From NCBI GenBank assembly GCA_021496925.1, contig CP053915.1, forward strand, positions 2,537,260 through 2,601,259: 64,000 nucleotides of DNA, given 5' to 3'. A program made the position numbers and the translations under genes. The DNA comes from Acidovorax sp. YS12. Lineage in GTDB: Bacteria > Pseudomonadota > Gammaproteobacteria > Burkholderiales > Burkholderiaceae_C. Position 1 is the stretch's first letter; each line of letters opens with the position of its first letter. This document shows positions 18,504 through 27,799 of this stretch, one piece after another. The notes under the pieces were generated by a model. The model saw nothing but the letters and a program-made list of their open reading frames with translations, was not told where the DNA came from and made no database searches.

Positions 18504-19202
18504 ATGAGCACCGCCCTGCGCCTCGCCCTGCCCGCCCTGGTGGCGGCCCTGGCGGCCCTCGCCACCGGCTGCGCCAGCATGAACCCGCCGCCGCCCGTGG
18601 ACGTGCTGCCCACCGCGCCGCCGCCGCTGTCCGCCATGCCGCAGCAGCACACGGCCGCCCCGCCCACGGGCAGCCTGTTCCACGCGGCGCGCTACCGCCC
18701 CGCGCTCGAAGACCCGCGCGCACGCCTGGTGGGCGACGTGGTCACCATCCGCATCAGCGAGCAGACCTCGGCCACGCAGAACTCGACCTCCAACGTCAGC
18801 CGCAACCCCAAGGTCAGCGGCAGCATCACCGCCCTGCCCTTCGTCGGCGGCAACCTGGCCGACAAGACGGCCATCGGCGCCGAATACTCCAACGCCTTCG
18901 AGGGCGGCGGCAAGACGCAAAGCACCAACACCTTCACCAGCAACATCACCGCCATCGTCAGCGAGGTGCTGCCCAACGGCCACCTGGTCATCGCTGGCGA
19001 GAAGCAGGTCGGCGTGAACCGCAGCGTGGACGTGCTGCGCTTTTCCGGCACCATCGACCCGCGCCGCATCGCCCCCGGCAACATCATCGACTCGCAGTAC
19101 GTGGCCAACGTGCGCGTGGTCTCGCGCGGCCTGGGCGAGCAGGCCGAGGCCCAGGCCATGGGCTGGCTCGGGCGCTTCTTCAACAGCGTCACGCCGTTCT
19201 GA
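18504..19202 (+). CDS. flgH: Flagellar L-ring lipoprotein FlgH
   Basis: Lipobox 'LATGCASM'. Start is an internal ATG of the 491-aa track ORF. No flgI follows. Confidence 0.88.
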   Translation: MSTALRLALPALVAALAALATGCASMNPPPPVDVLPTAPPPLSAMPQQHTAAPPTGSLFHAARYRPALEDPRARLVGDVVTIRISEQTSATQNSTSNVSRNPKVSGSITALPFVGGNLADKTAIGAEYSNAFEGGGKTQSTNTFTSNITAIVSEVLPNGHLVIAGEKQVGVNRSVDVLRFSGTIDPRRIAPGNIIDSQYVANVRVVSRGLGEQAEAQAMGWLGRFFNSVTPF

Positions 19203-19214
19203 CCCGCTCCTTTC

Positions 19215-19303
19215 TTGATAGCTGGCAGCGCTTGCTGCACAAGGATTTCAGCAACAAAAGCACCTGAAAACCTTGTACGACAAGCGCTAGCCGCTATCAA
19301 AAA
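19215..19303. repeat. REP-like palindromic element, long-spacer variant
   Basis: GATAGCTGGCAGCGCTTG-N46-CAAGCGCTAGCCGCTATC with an inner inverted repeat. Confidence 0.55.
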
Positions 19304-19337
19304 TGATTCCCCGTGGCCAATGGGACAATGCGCCCCC

Positions 19338-20381
19338 ATGACCGCCACCCTCGACACCCTCACGATCACCCGCCCCGACGACTGGCACCTGCACGTGCGC
19401 GACGGCGCGCCCCTGGCCACCGTGGTGCCGCACACGGCCGCGCAGTTCGGCCGCGCCATCATCATGCCCAACCTGCGCCCGCCCGTGACCACGGCCGCGC
19501 AGGCGCTCGACTACAAGCAGCGCATCCTCGCCGCCGTGCCTGCGGGCGTGGCGTTCGAGCCGCTGATGACGCTGTACCTCACCGACAACCTGGCGCCCGC
19601 GGAAATCGCCCGGGCCCGGGACGCGGGCGTGGTCGCGGCCAAGCTCTACCCCGCCGGCGCCACCACCAACAGCGACGCGGGCGTGACCGACCTGCGCAAG
19701 ATCCACAAGACGCTCGAAGCCATGCAGCAGGCCGGCATGCTGCTGCTGGTGCACGGCGAGGTGACCAGCCCCGACATCGACCTGTTCGACCGCGAGGCCG
19801 TGTTCATCGAGCAGCAGCTCATCCCGCTGCGCCGCGACTTCCCCGGCCTCAAGATCGTCTTCGAGCACATCACCACCCGCGAAGCCGCGCAGTACGTGGC
19901 CGAGGCCGGCCCCTGCACCGCCGCCACCATCACCGCGCACCACCTGCTGTACAACCGCAACGCCCTCTTCACCGGCGGCATCCGCCCGCACTGGTACTGC
20001 CTGCCGGTGCTCAAGCGCGAGGTGCACCGCCAGGCGCTGGTGCAGGCCGCCACCAGCGGCAGCGCGAAATTCTTCCTCGGCACCGACAGCGCGCCGCACC
20101 CCGCGCACCTCAAGGAACACGCCACGGGCTGCGCCGGCTGCTACACCGCGCACGCCGCCATGGAGCTGTACGCCGAGGCCTTCGACAACGCCGGCGCGCT
20201 CGACAAGCTCGAAGCCTTCGCCAGCTTCCACGGCCCGGCCTTCTACGGCCTGCCGCGCAACCAGGGCACCATCACCCTGCGCCGCGAAAGCTGGACGCCG
20301 CCCGAGCGCTTCGCCTTCGGCGAGGCCGAGCTCAAGCCCCTGCGCGCGGGCGAAGCGCTGCCGTGGCGCCTGGTGGACTGA
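19338..20381 (+). CDS. pyrC: Dihydroorotase (homodimeric type)
   Basis: '[12 protein letters not shown]', '[12 protein letters not shown]', 'LGTDSAPH' are colinear with E. coli PyrC. Confidence 0.9.
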   Translation: MTATLDTLTITRPDDWHLHVRDGAPLATVVPHTAAQFGRAIIMPNLRPPVTTAAQALDYKQRILAAVPAGVAFEPLMTLYLTDNLAPAEIARARDAGVVAAKLYPAGATTNSDAGVTDLRKIHKTLEAMQQAGMLLLVHGEVTSPDIDLFDREAVFIEQQLIPLRRDFPGLKIVFEHITTREAAQYVAEAGPCTAATITAHHLLYNRNALFTGGIRPHWYCLPVLKREVHRQALVQAATSGSAKFFLGTDSAPHPAHLKEHATGCAGCYTAHAAMELYAEAFDNAGALDKLEAFASFHGPAFYGLPRNQGTITLRRESWTPPERFAFGEAELKPLRAGEALPWRLVD

Positions 20382-21727
20382 TGCCCGCTGCGCTCCCCTC
20401 GGCACCAAACACGGCCCGCAATATGGCCGTGTTCATTGACGCAGACAACTTGTGCGACCCAACGGCACTCGATCATGTCCTGACTGATCTGCGCCAGCGT
20501 GCCGAGCGGGTGCTATACAAGCGCGCCTACGGACGGGCAGAGAGCCTGAAAGCCATCGAATCCGTACTCTGGCGCCATGGCGTGCGCCCCGTCGCCAACA
20601 TGATCGTTAACAAGGTGACAACCGACAGTGCCCTTGTCATCGATGCGGTTGAAGCGGTGTGCACCAACACGATTGATGCCGTTGCCATTTGCTCTGGCGA
20701 CGCAGACTTCGTTCCGCTGGCCACCTGGTTGCGCGAAAAGGGCTGCCAAGTATGGTGTTTCAGCTTGGCCGACCGGATTTTTGCGAATCCAGAGAGCTTC
20801 TACGATGACGTGGTGCTGATGGAGCTAGTGGATTTGCCCCCGCCAAGTTCAACGGCTGCGCCAGCCACGCCCCCTGCGGTTCCTCCTGCCAATCCAACGC
20901 TGACAGATGCAGTGCAGCAGGTTTTGACAGCCTTTCCTGCCTTGCGCGACGGGCAGCCACAGCACCTGAACCACGTGGTAGCAGCTTTACGTCAACAGGG
21001 TGTCCTGGGCAAATCGGACAAAACGGTTGCATGGTTTCGCCAGCATGCAAAAGCATTCCGCCTATCGCCCGATGTGGCCCCGAACCAGATTTGCTATGCC
21101 CCTCCGTCGAAGACTGCGCCGCCGATGACCGGCGCTTCTGCTGCCTTGTGCCAGAACACACAGGTGATGGCTCTTTTGCGGCAAGCCGTGCAGGCCACCC
21201 AGGACGCTCAGGGCTGGGCCCTCGTTAGCGCCATGCGCACGCACCTGGGAGACAAGACAGTCTTCGATACCCGCGCCCATGGCTTCGCCACGCTGACCAA
21301 ACTGCTCGCAGCCACAGGAGCATTCGAGCTTCGCGGCACGGGGACACCCCAGGTTGCAGTGCGCGTGACCGCTGCAGCTCTGCCTGTGCCTGCTTCTGTG
21401 ACTGCGCCAGTTGTGATTACATGGCCTTGTATATCCGGCAGGCGCGTAGCCCCGCCCCTGCCTGCGCCGTTACATGCGCTGCGCGCCGCCTTGCTACAAC
21501 TTGCCACGCAACGTGTGCAGCGCGAAGACGTATTCAAGGCTGTGCCTGAATTGGTTTTTGGCGCTCCCTGTGCTCTCCATTCAGTGGCGGGACGCCTGCG
21601 CGAGCATGGGCTGCTCGGGCCATCGCAATCAGCCCTGCGCATTCTGGAACGCTATCCGCAGTCGTTTGAGGTCAACCTTCGCCACTATCCACAGAGCGTG
21701 CGCCATATCAGCTCCGTCGCAGCCTGA
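20381..21727 (+). CDS. NYN-domain (PIN-like RNase) protein with three OST-HTH/LOTUS domains; GC is lower than surroundings
   Basis: 'MAVFIDADNL...AICSGDADFVPL' LabA/NYN motifs followed by three ~70-aa LOTUS-like repeats. GC ~55% by eye. Start overlaps pyrC stop; alternative start at 20423. Confidence 0.7.
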   Translation: MPAALPSAPNTARNMAVFIDADNLCDPTALDHVLTDLRQRAERVLYKRAYGRAESLKAIESVLWRHGVRPVANMIVNKVTTDSALVIDAVEAVCTNTIDAVAICSGDADFVPLATWLREKGCQVWCFSLADRIFANPESFYDDVVLMELVDLPPPSSTAAPATPPAVPPANPTLTDAVQQVLTAFPALRDGQPQHLNHVVAALRQQGVLGKSDKTVAWFRQHAKAFRLSPDVAPNQICYAPPSKTAPPMTGASAALCQNTQVMALLRQAVQATQDAQGWALVSAMRTHLGDKTVFDTRAHGFATLTKLLAATGAFELRGTGTPQVAVRVTAAALPVPASVTAPVVITWPCISGRRVAPPLPAPLHALRAALLQLATQRVQREDVFKAVPELVFGAPCALHSVAGRLREHGLLGPSQSALRILERYPQSFEVNLRHYPQSVRHISSVAA

Positions 21728-21730
21728 AAC

Positions 21731-22507
21731 ATGCCTGCCTCTATCCCTAGCATCGACTGGCAGCCCCCCTGGCTCCAAGGCCTGCCGCGCGTGTCCATGT
21801 CACCGGATCTGGCACGGGTGCACCAGGCGCTGAACGCCGCCGGCCCGTGCCCGGTGCGCTTCGTGCCGCAAGACGCCCTGCCCCCGGGCATGGCCTACGA
21901 GCAGTTCATCCACGCCACCGGCCAGGTGCCCACGCGCGACAACCTGCACGACTTCTTCAACGGCCTCGTCTGGCTGCGCTTCCCGCAGGCCAAGCGGCGC
22001 CTGAACCAGCTGCACGCCCAGGCCATCGCGGCGCAGGGCGTGGGCGCCACGCGCGGGCCGCTGCGCGATGCGGCCACGCTGCTCGACGAAAACGGCGCCC
22101 TGCTGCTGGCGCCCGAGGCGCTGTGGCAGGCGCTGCGCGCGCGCCAATGGCGCCGGCTGTTCGTGGAGCTGCGCCCGCTGTGGCGCCAGGCGCGGCTGGC
22201 GGTGTTCGGCCACGCGCTGCTGGAGCAGCTGGTTCACCCGCGAAAACCGCTCACAGCCCATGTGTACCAAGCGCGAACAGCTCCCGATTCGGTAGCAGAC
22301 CTGGACGCCTGGCTGGCCGCCGACCTCGACGCCGCACACCTGGCGGCCAAGCCCTTCACGCCGCTGCCGGTGCTGGGCGTGCCCGGCTGGTGGCCGGAGA
22401 ACGAGAACTTTTCCTTCTATGATGACTCCCTCGTTTTCCGCAGCGCCCGGCCGAACCCCAAGAACCACACAACAGGCCCCGTCCCCGCTGCCCGCCGCGG
22501 CGCTTGA
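21731..22507 (+). CDS. DUF3025-like conserved hypothetical protein
   Basis: 258 aa; family assignment from memory of the conserved motifs. Confidence 0.45.
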   Translation: MPASIPSIDWQPPWLQGLPRVSMSPDLARVHQALNAAGPCPVRFVPQDALPPGMAYEQFIHATGQVPTRDNLHDFFNGLVWLRFPQAKRRLNQLHAQAIAAQGVGATRGPLRDAATLLDENGALLLAPEALWQALRARQWRRLFVELRPLWRQARLAVFGHALLEQLVHPRKPLTAHVYQARTAPDSVADLDAWLAADLDAAHLAAKPFTPLPVLGVPGWWPENENFSFYDDSLVFRSARPNPKNHTTGPVPAARRGA

Positions 22508-22594
22508 AGCGCGGCGCTCCCGCCCCCATCTGATCCATCCAGTGCCCGCTGCCCGCGCGGCGGCTCTTTTGCATTCCCTTGCGGAGTCCCTTCG

Positions 22595-23473
22595 ATGAAA
22601 CGTATTGCTCTGTTCGTACTCACCAACCTCGCCGTGGTCGTGGTGCTGGGTATCGTCGCCAACCTGCTGGGCGTGAACCGCTACCTCACGGCCAACGGCC
22701 TGAACCTGGGCGCGCTGCTCGGCTTCGCCCTGGTGATGGGCTTCGGCGGCGCCATCATCTCGCTGCTCATCAGCAAGCCCATGGCCAAGTGGAGCGCGGG
22801 CGTGCAGATCATCGACGGCTCGGGCTCGCCCGACGAGCGCTGGATCGTCGAGACCGTACGCGGCTTCGCGCAGAAGGCCGGCATCGGCATGCCCGAGGTC
22901 GGCATCTTCCAGGGCGACCCCAACGCCTTCGCCACCGGGGCGTTCAAGAACTCGGCGCTGGTCGCCGTCTCCACCGGCCTGCTGCAGAACATGACGCGCG
23001 AGGAGGTCGAGGCCGTGATCGGCCACGAGGTGGCGCACATCGCCAACGGCGACATGGTCACCATGACGCTGATCCAGGGCGTGATGAACACCTTCGTGGT
23101 GTTCCTGTCGCGCGTCATCGGCTACGCGGTGGACAGCTTCCTGCGCAAGAACGACGAAAACAGCTCCGGCCCCGGCATCGGCTACATGGTCACCACCATC
23201 GTGCTCGACATCGTGCTGGGCTTCCTGGCCGCCATCATCGTGGCCTGGTTCTCGCGCCAGCGCGAGTTCCGCGCCGACGCCGGCGCCGCCCAGCTCATGG
23301 GCCGCCGCCAGCCCATGATCAACGCCCTGGCGCGCCTGGGCGGGGTGCACGCGGGCGAGCTGCCCAAGAGCATGGCCGCCATGGGCATCGCCGGCGGCAT
23401 CGGCCAGCTGTTCTCCACCCACCCGCCGATAGAACAACGCATCGCGGCTCTGCAGAACGCGCAGCAGGGCTGA
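22595..23473 (+). CDS. htpX: Membrane zinc metalloprotease HtpX (M48)
   Basis: '[10 protein letters not shown]' zincin motif, 4 TM segments, ~290 aa. Confidence 0.9.
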   Translation: MKRIALFVLTNLAVVVVLGIVANLLGVNRYLTANGLNLGALLGFALVMGFGGAIISLLISKPMAKWSAGVQIIDGSGSPDERWIVETVRGFAQKAGIGMPEVGIFQGDPNAFATGAFKNSALVAVSTGLLQNMTREEVEAVIGHEVAHIANGDMVTMTLIQGVMNTFVVFLSRVIGYAVDSFLRKNDENSSGPGIGYMVTTIVLDIVLGFLAAIIVAWFSRQREFRADAGAAQLMGRRQPMINALARLGGVHAGELPKSMAAMGIAGGIGQLFSTHPPIEQRIAALQNAQQG

Positions 23474-23490
23474 CATCGCACCATGGACAC

Positions 23491-23527
23491 GCCGCCAGCG
23501 GGCCACGCACCCCTGGCGGCTTTTTCT
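23491..23527 (+). terminator. Rho-independent terminator after htpX
   Basis: GCCGCCAG-N14-CTGGCGGC followed by TTTTTCTT. Confidence 0.5.
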
Positions 23528-23635
23528 TGCCCGGGGGGCCTGGCCTCCGCTTTACCCCGGCTTTACGCCGCGCGGTCAACAGCCCTGGCGGTGGCGCGTT
23601 GAACAGACAGGCCAACGCCATACAAGGAGTGCTCC

Positions 23636-24118
23636 ATGCCCGCCATCGCCTCTGTGCCCGCCCGCCTCGGCCGCCACCTGCTGGGTGCCGGACTGCTGGG
23701 CGGCGCCTTGCTGCTGGCCGGCTGCGCCGTGGGGCCCATGGTTCCGGTCTATCCGGGCGACGCGGCCATGGTGGCGCAGCCGTACACCACGTATGAAACC
23801 TACGGCACCTATGGCACGTACGCGCCCTACGGTTACAGCTATAGCGTGCAGCCGGTCTACCCGGCGGTGGTTCCGCCTCCCGTGGTCTGGATCGGTGGCA
23901 CCTGGCGCAGCCGCCCGGACTACCGCCGCCCGCCCGGCCCGCCGCCGCATTGGGGCGGCCGTCCCGGCCCCGGCCCCGGCCCCGGCCCTGGTCCCGGCCC
24001 GGGCTGGCACAGGCCCCCACAGGGTGGACCTGGCCCGGGGCGCGGGCCCGGCCATGCCGGGCCGCCGCCTCCGGGCGACAGGCCATCGCTACCCGGCAGC
24101 CGGGGCGGCGGGCGTTGA
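23636..24118 (+). CDS. Lipoprotein with Tyr/Gly-rich region and a (GPGP)n low-complexity tract
   Basis: Lipobox 'LLAGCAV'. Perfect GPGPGPGPGPGPG is encoded by a ccccggc-type tandem repeat near 23950-24010. Confidence 0.5.
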   Translation: MPAIASVPARLGRHLLGAGLLGGALLLAGCAVGPMVPVYPGDAAMVAQPYTTYETYGTYGTYAPYGYSYSVQPVYPAVVPPPVVWIGGTWRSRPDYRRPPGPPPHWGGRPGPGPGPGPGPGPGWHRPPQGGPGPGRGPGHAGPPPPGDRPSLPGSRGGGR

Positions 24119-24132
24119 ACGGCCGCTCTCCA

Positions 24133-24180
24133 TTTGATAGCTGCCAGCGCTTGACCAGCAAGGGCCAGAGGCCCTTTTGG
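24133..24180. repeat. REP-like element, half-site variant (GATAGCTGCCAGCGCTTG plus GGGCCAGAGGCCC hairpin)
   Basis: Left arm identical to the family consensus; right arm replaced by a short GC hairpin. Confidence 0.45.
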
Positions 24181-24187
24181 CTCGAAA

Positions 24188-25894
24188 TTACAGCAGGCTG
24201 CGCGCCACGGCCTCGCCGACCTTGATGCCATCGACACCGGCCGAGAGAATGCCGCCCGCGTAGCCCGCGCCCTCGCCCGCGGGGAACAGCCCGCGCGTGT
24301 TGGGGCTTTGCAGGCTGTCGTCGCGGTCGATGCGCAGGGGGGCCGAGGTGCGCGTCTCCACGCCGGTCAGCACCGCGTCGGGCATGTCATAGCCCCGGAT
24401 CTTGCGGCCGAAGGCGGGCAGGGCCTCGCGCATGGCCTCGATGGCGTAGCCCGGCAGCGCGGGCGCCAGGTCGCCCAGGGCCACGCCCGGCTTGTAGGAA
24501 GGCTGCACCGTGCCGAACTGGCGCGAGGCCCGGCCCGCCAGGAAATCCCCCACCAGTTGGCCCGGCGCGCTGTAGTCGCTGCCGCCCAGCACGTAGGCGT
24601 TGGATTCCAATTGGCGCTGCAGCACGATGCCGGCCAGCGGGTGGAACGCGCCCGGGGGCAGCGCCTCCACACCGTGGGTGGCGCCCAGGGCGGCCTCGAA
24701 GGCAGCCGGGTCGTGCGGGTAGTCCTCCGGGCCGATGCCCACGACCATGCCGGCGTTGGCGTTGCGCTCGGCGCGCGAATACTGGCTCATGCCGTTGGTG
24801 ACCACACGGCCCGGCTCGCTGGTGGCGGCCACCACCGTCCCGCCCGGGCACATGCAGAAGCTGTAGACCGAGCGGCCGTTGGCGGCATGGTGCACGAGCT
24901 TGTAGTCGGCCGCGCCCAGCAGCGGATGGCCCGCGTGGCGGCCCCAGCGCGCACGGTCGATCACGCCTTGCGGGTGCTCGATGCGAAAGCCCACCGAGAA
25001 GGGCTTGGCCTGCATCTGCACGCCGCGCGCGTGCAGCATGGCGAAGGCATCGCGGGCGCTGTGCCCCACGGCCAGCACCACCTGCGCGGCGGCGAGTTCG
25101 TAGCCCTGGCCCGTGGCCAGGTCCTGCACCTGCAGGCCGCGCACCTGGCGGCCTGCCGGGCCATCGGCCAGCAGCAGGTCGGTCACGCGCTGCTCGAAGC
25201 GCACCTCGCCGCCCAGCGCGATGATCTGCGCGCGCAGGTTCTCCACCATCTTCACCAGGCGGAAGGTGCCGATGTGCGGGTGCGCCTCGTACAGGATCTC
25301 GGGCGGCGCGCCGGCATCGACGAACTCCTGCAGCACCTTGCGGCCCAGGTGGCGCGGGTCCTTGATCTGGCTGTAGAGCTTGCCGTCGGAGAACGTGCCG
25401 GCCCCGCCTTCGCCGAACTGCACGTTGCTCTCCGGGTGGAGCTGGCGCTTGCGCCACAGGCCCCAGGTGTCCCGGGTGCGCTCGCGCACCGGCTTGCCGC
25501 GCTCCAGCACGATGGGCCGGAAACCCATCTGCGCCAGCACCAGCGCCGCAAAGATGCCGCAGGGGCCGAAGCCCACCACCACGGGGCGCTGCGCCAGCGT
25601 GGCCGGCGCCCGGCCCACCGGCCGCCAGGCCATGTCGGGCGTGGGCTGGATGTGGACATTGCCCGCATGCCGCGCCAGCAGGGCGGCCTCCTGGGCCGGG
25701 TCGGCCAGGGTGGCATCGACGATGTACACCGCCAGCAGCTCGGCCTTGCGCGCATCGAAGCTGCGCTTGAATACGTGGATGTGCGCGATGGCCTCGGGCG
25801 CAATGCCCAGGGCCTGTGCCGCCGCGGCGTGCAGCGCGGCATCGGGCGATTGCGCTGCGGCGAGCGGCAGCTTGATTTCGGAGAGGCGGATCAT
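24188..25894 (-). CDS. FAD/NAD(P)-binding oxidoreductase (COG2509-type FAD-dependent protein)
   Basis: 568 aa; Rossmann 'VVVGFGPCGIFAALVLAQMG'; colinear with the uncharacterised FAD-dependent dehydrogenase family. Confidence 0.7.
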   Translation of the reverse strand: MIRLSEIKLPLAAAQSPDAALHAAAAQALGIAPEAIAHIHVFKRSFDARKAELLAVYIVDATLADPAQEAALLARHAGNVHIQPTPDMAWRPVGRAPATLAQRPVVVGFGPCGIFAALVLAQMGFRPIVLERGKPVRERTRDTWGLWRKRQLHPESNVQFGEGGAGTFSDGKLYSQIKDPRHLGRKVLQEFVDAGAPPEILYEAHPHIGTFRLVKMVENLRAQIIALGGEVRFEQRVTDLLLADGPAGRQVRGLQVQDLATGQGYELAAAQVVLAVGHSARDAFAMLHARGVQMQAKPFSVGFRIEHPQGVIDRARWGRHAGHPLLGAADYKLVHHAANGRSVYSFCMCPGGTVVAATSEPGRVVTNGMSQYSRAERNANAGMVVGIGPEDYPHDPAAFEAALGATHGVEALPPGAFHPLAGIVLQRQLESNAYVLGGSDYSAPGQLVGDFLAGRASRQFGTVQPSYKPGVALGDLAPALPGYAIEAMREALPAFGRKIRGYDMPDAVLTGVETRTSAPLRIDRDDSLQSPNTRGLFPAGEGAGYAGGILSAGVDGIKVGEAVARSLL

Positions 25895-25963
25895 GGCTTG
25901 CGGGCCCGTGTCGATCGGGCGGTCGGCAAAAAAGGGAGCGTGATGATAAGGCCGCGGCGCCCG

Positions 25964-26464
25964 CTAGCCACGCACCACCAGCTGCAGCCCTTCCAGGTCC
26001 AGCCCGGCCTGCCGGGCCGCCGCCAGCAGGCGTGCGTGCAGCACCGCATCCACCACCACGGCGCACTCGCCGGTGCCGGCCCGCTCGAAGCGCACCAGCG
26101 CCGACGCCGCGCCACCGCCGCGCACGAAATACAGCGCCGTTTTGCCGCGCGCGACCGCCATGGAGAACAGCAGGCCATGCTCGCAGAGCTCGCGCATGAT
26201 GCGGAAGACGCTGCTGAAGGAGACGCGGATGCCGCGCTGGAGCACCGACTGGAACGCATCATGGGCCGTCACCCCATCCGTCCCCGCAGCCACGACCGCC
26301 TGGTGCACGCCAACGCGCGCCATGGTCGGGCGAAGGCCCGCGGCGCGCAGGCGTTCGAGGGTGCTGGCCTGTGCGGCGAAGGGGTCGTCGGACACGGGTG
26401 TGGGCGCGGCCCAGCAAGGCATGGGTGCCATGGCAGATGGATCGGTGCGTGGCGGATAGATCAA
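25964..26464 (-). CDS. Fur-family-like transcriptional regulator lacking canonical metal-binding His/Cys cluster; start uncertain
   Basis: N-terminal winged helix is Fur-like ('LRAAGLRPTMARVGVHQAV...VSFSSVFRIMRELCEHGLL'). C-terminal half has no HHDH/CxxC motifs. Confidence 0.5.
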   Translation of the reverse strand: MIYPPRTDPSAMAPMPCWAAPTPVSDDPFAAQASTLERLRAAGLRPTMARVGVHQAVVAAGTDGVTAHDAFQSVLQRGIRVSFSSVFRIMRELCEHGLLFSMAVARGKTALYFVRGGGAASALVRFERAGTGECAVVVDAVLHARLLAAARQAGLDLEGLQLVVRG

Positions 26465-26472
26465 CGCAAAAA

Positions 26473-26490
26473 TAGTACCACCAAGTACTA
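26473..26490. promoter_or_regulatory. Inverted repeat TAGTAC-N6-GTACTA in AT-rich divergent promoter region (candidate operator)
   Basis: Perfect 6-bp arms. The region is locally AT-rich (by eye, far below the genomic GC) between the Fur-like gene and the beta-helix protein gene. Confidence 0.3.
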
Positions 26491-26583
26491 CTTCTCCAGA
26501 ATTTTTGAGGATGCTTTACGCTGCATGAAAGCGCTTTTCCATGCAATCTCCGCGGAAAAAATCGTTCCTCTTGCAACCCGAAA

Positions 26584-26605
26584 AGTAGTTGTTTGAATGA
26601 CTACT
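26584..26605. promoter_or_regulatory. Inverted repeat AGTAGT-N10-ACTACT (second candidate operator)
   Basis: Perfect 6-bp arms in the same divergent region. Confidence 0.25.
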
Positions 26606-26917
26606 CCGCGCAGCCGCCGGGCGCACACAGGCGCATGGCCCCCCGCTTGAGTGCGGAAACGGCGGGCGGCTACCATCGGCGCCTGATCCTCTCGCCCGCC
26701 ATGCAACGTCCCGCCTTCGTCCACGCCACCCTGGCCGCGCACCGCCCGCGGGGCCGGTGCGCGGTACGCTGGCTGCACAAGCCGATTGCACATTCCTCGG
26801 CCCGGCGATCCCCCTCCCTCTGATTCGCGCAGTTTCATGCATCGCCGGGCCCCACATCCGGCGCGGTGGTGGCCGCCTGCCTGCCCGGCAGCGGCCTGGC
26901 ATGGAAAGGTGCAGGCA

Positions 26918-27775
26918 ATGGAATTCACCAAGCGTTTCTTGCGGGCCAAGAGCCCTTGTGCGGATGGTTTCCGCTGGTTCTCGCGCAACGTGCAGGACGG
27001 TGCCGGCTACCAGCAGGCGCTGGACACCCTGGTGGCCGCCGGGCGCGTCGACGACGCCTGCTGGCTGCTCGACCAGTTCGGCCCCACCAACGAGGTGCTG
27101 ACGCTCGACGCGCTCGATGCCGAGGCCCTGGTGTTCGCCGGCACGCTGGTGGTGCGCGGCGCCATCGCGGCCGACCGGCTGCGCGTGGGCCGCTCGCTGC
27201 GCGCCGGCGCAGGCCTGCGCATCGACGGCGCGCTGGGTGTGGGCGAAGACCTGCGCGTGGACGGCGCCCTGGCCTGCCGTGGCGCGCTGCAGGTGGGGGG
27301 CGACGTGCGCTGTGCCTGGGGCATCGAGGTGCATGGCGCCTTCGAGGGCGGCGGCGATGCGCGCGCCGCCTGGGACCTGCTGTGCCACGGCCCGTTGACC
27401 CTGGCGGGCCACGCCCTGGTGGGGCAGGACCTGCTGGTGCAGGCCGACACGGCCTGCGGCAAGGGCCTGCGCGTGGGCGGCCAGATCGACTGCACGGGCA
27501 ACCTGCGCGCCGGGCACGGCATCATCGCCGGGGGCGCCATCGCCGCCACGGGCCACATCGAGGCCGGCTGGGGCATCCGCGCGGCGCAGGACATCGCGGC
27601 CCAGGGCGCCATCAAGGCCGGCGAGAGCCTGGTGGCCGAGGGCCTGATCCGCGCAGGCGCAGGCTACGGCATCTACGCGGGGCTGAACGTGCAGCGCGAC
27701 GCCTGGGAGGCCAGCGCCCAGGTGCGCGCGCGCCAGCGCCCCGCCGAGCTGCTCAGCGGCTGCTGGGTGGCGTAG
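26918..27775 (+). CDS. Hypothetical protein with Gly-rich beta-helical (bactofilin/polymer-forming-like) repeats
   Basis: Internal ATG with AGGTG RBS. Repeating 'G.L.V.G.L' units across ~200 aa. The track ORF's N-terminal 44 aa look spurious. Confidence 0.45.
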   Translation: MEFTKRFLRAKSPCADGFRWFSRNVQDGAGYQQALDTLVAAGRVDDACWLLDQFGPTNEVLTLDALDAEALVFAGTLVVRGAIAADRLRVGRSLRAGAGLRIDGALGVGEDLRVDGALACRGALQVGGDVRCAWGIEVHGAFEGGGDARAAWDLLCHGPLTLAGHALVGQDLLVQADTACGKGLRVGGQIDCTGNLRAGHGIIAGGAIAATGHIEAGWGIRAAQDIAAQGAIKAGESLVAEGLIRAGAGYGIYAGLNVQRDAWEASAQVRARQRPAELLSGCWVA

Positions 27776-27799
27776 CCCCTCAGCCGGAAGCAGAAGCGA

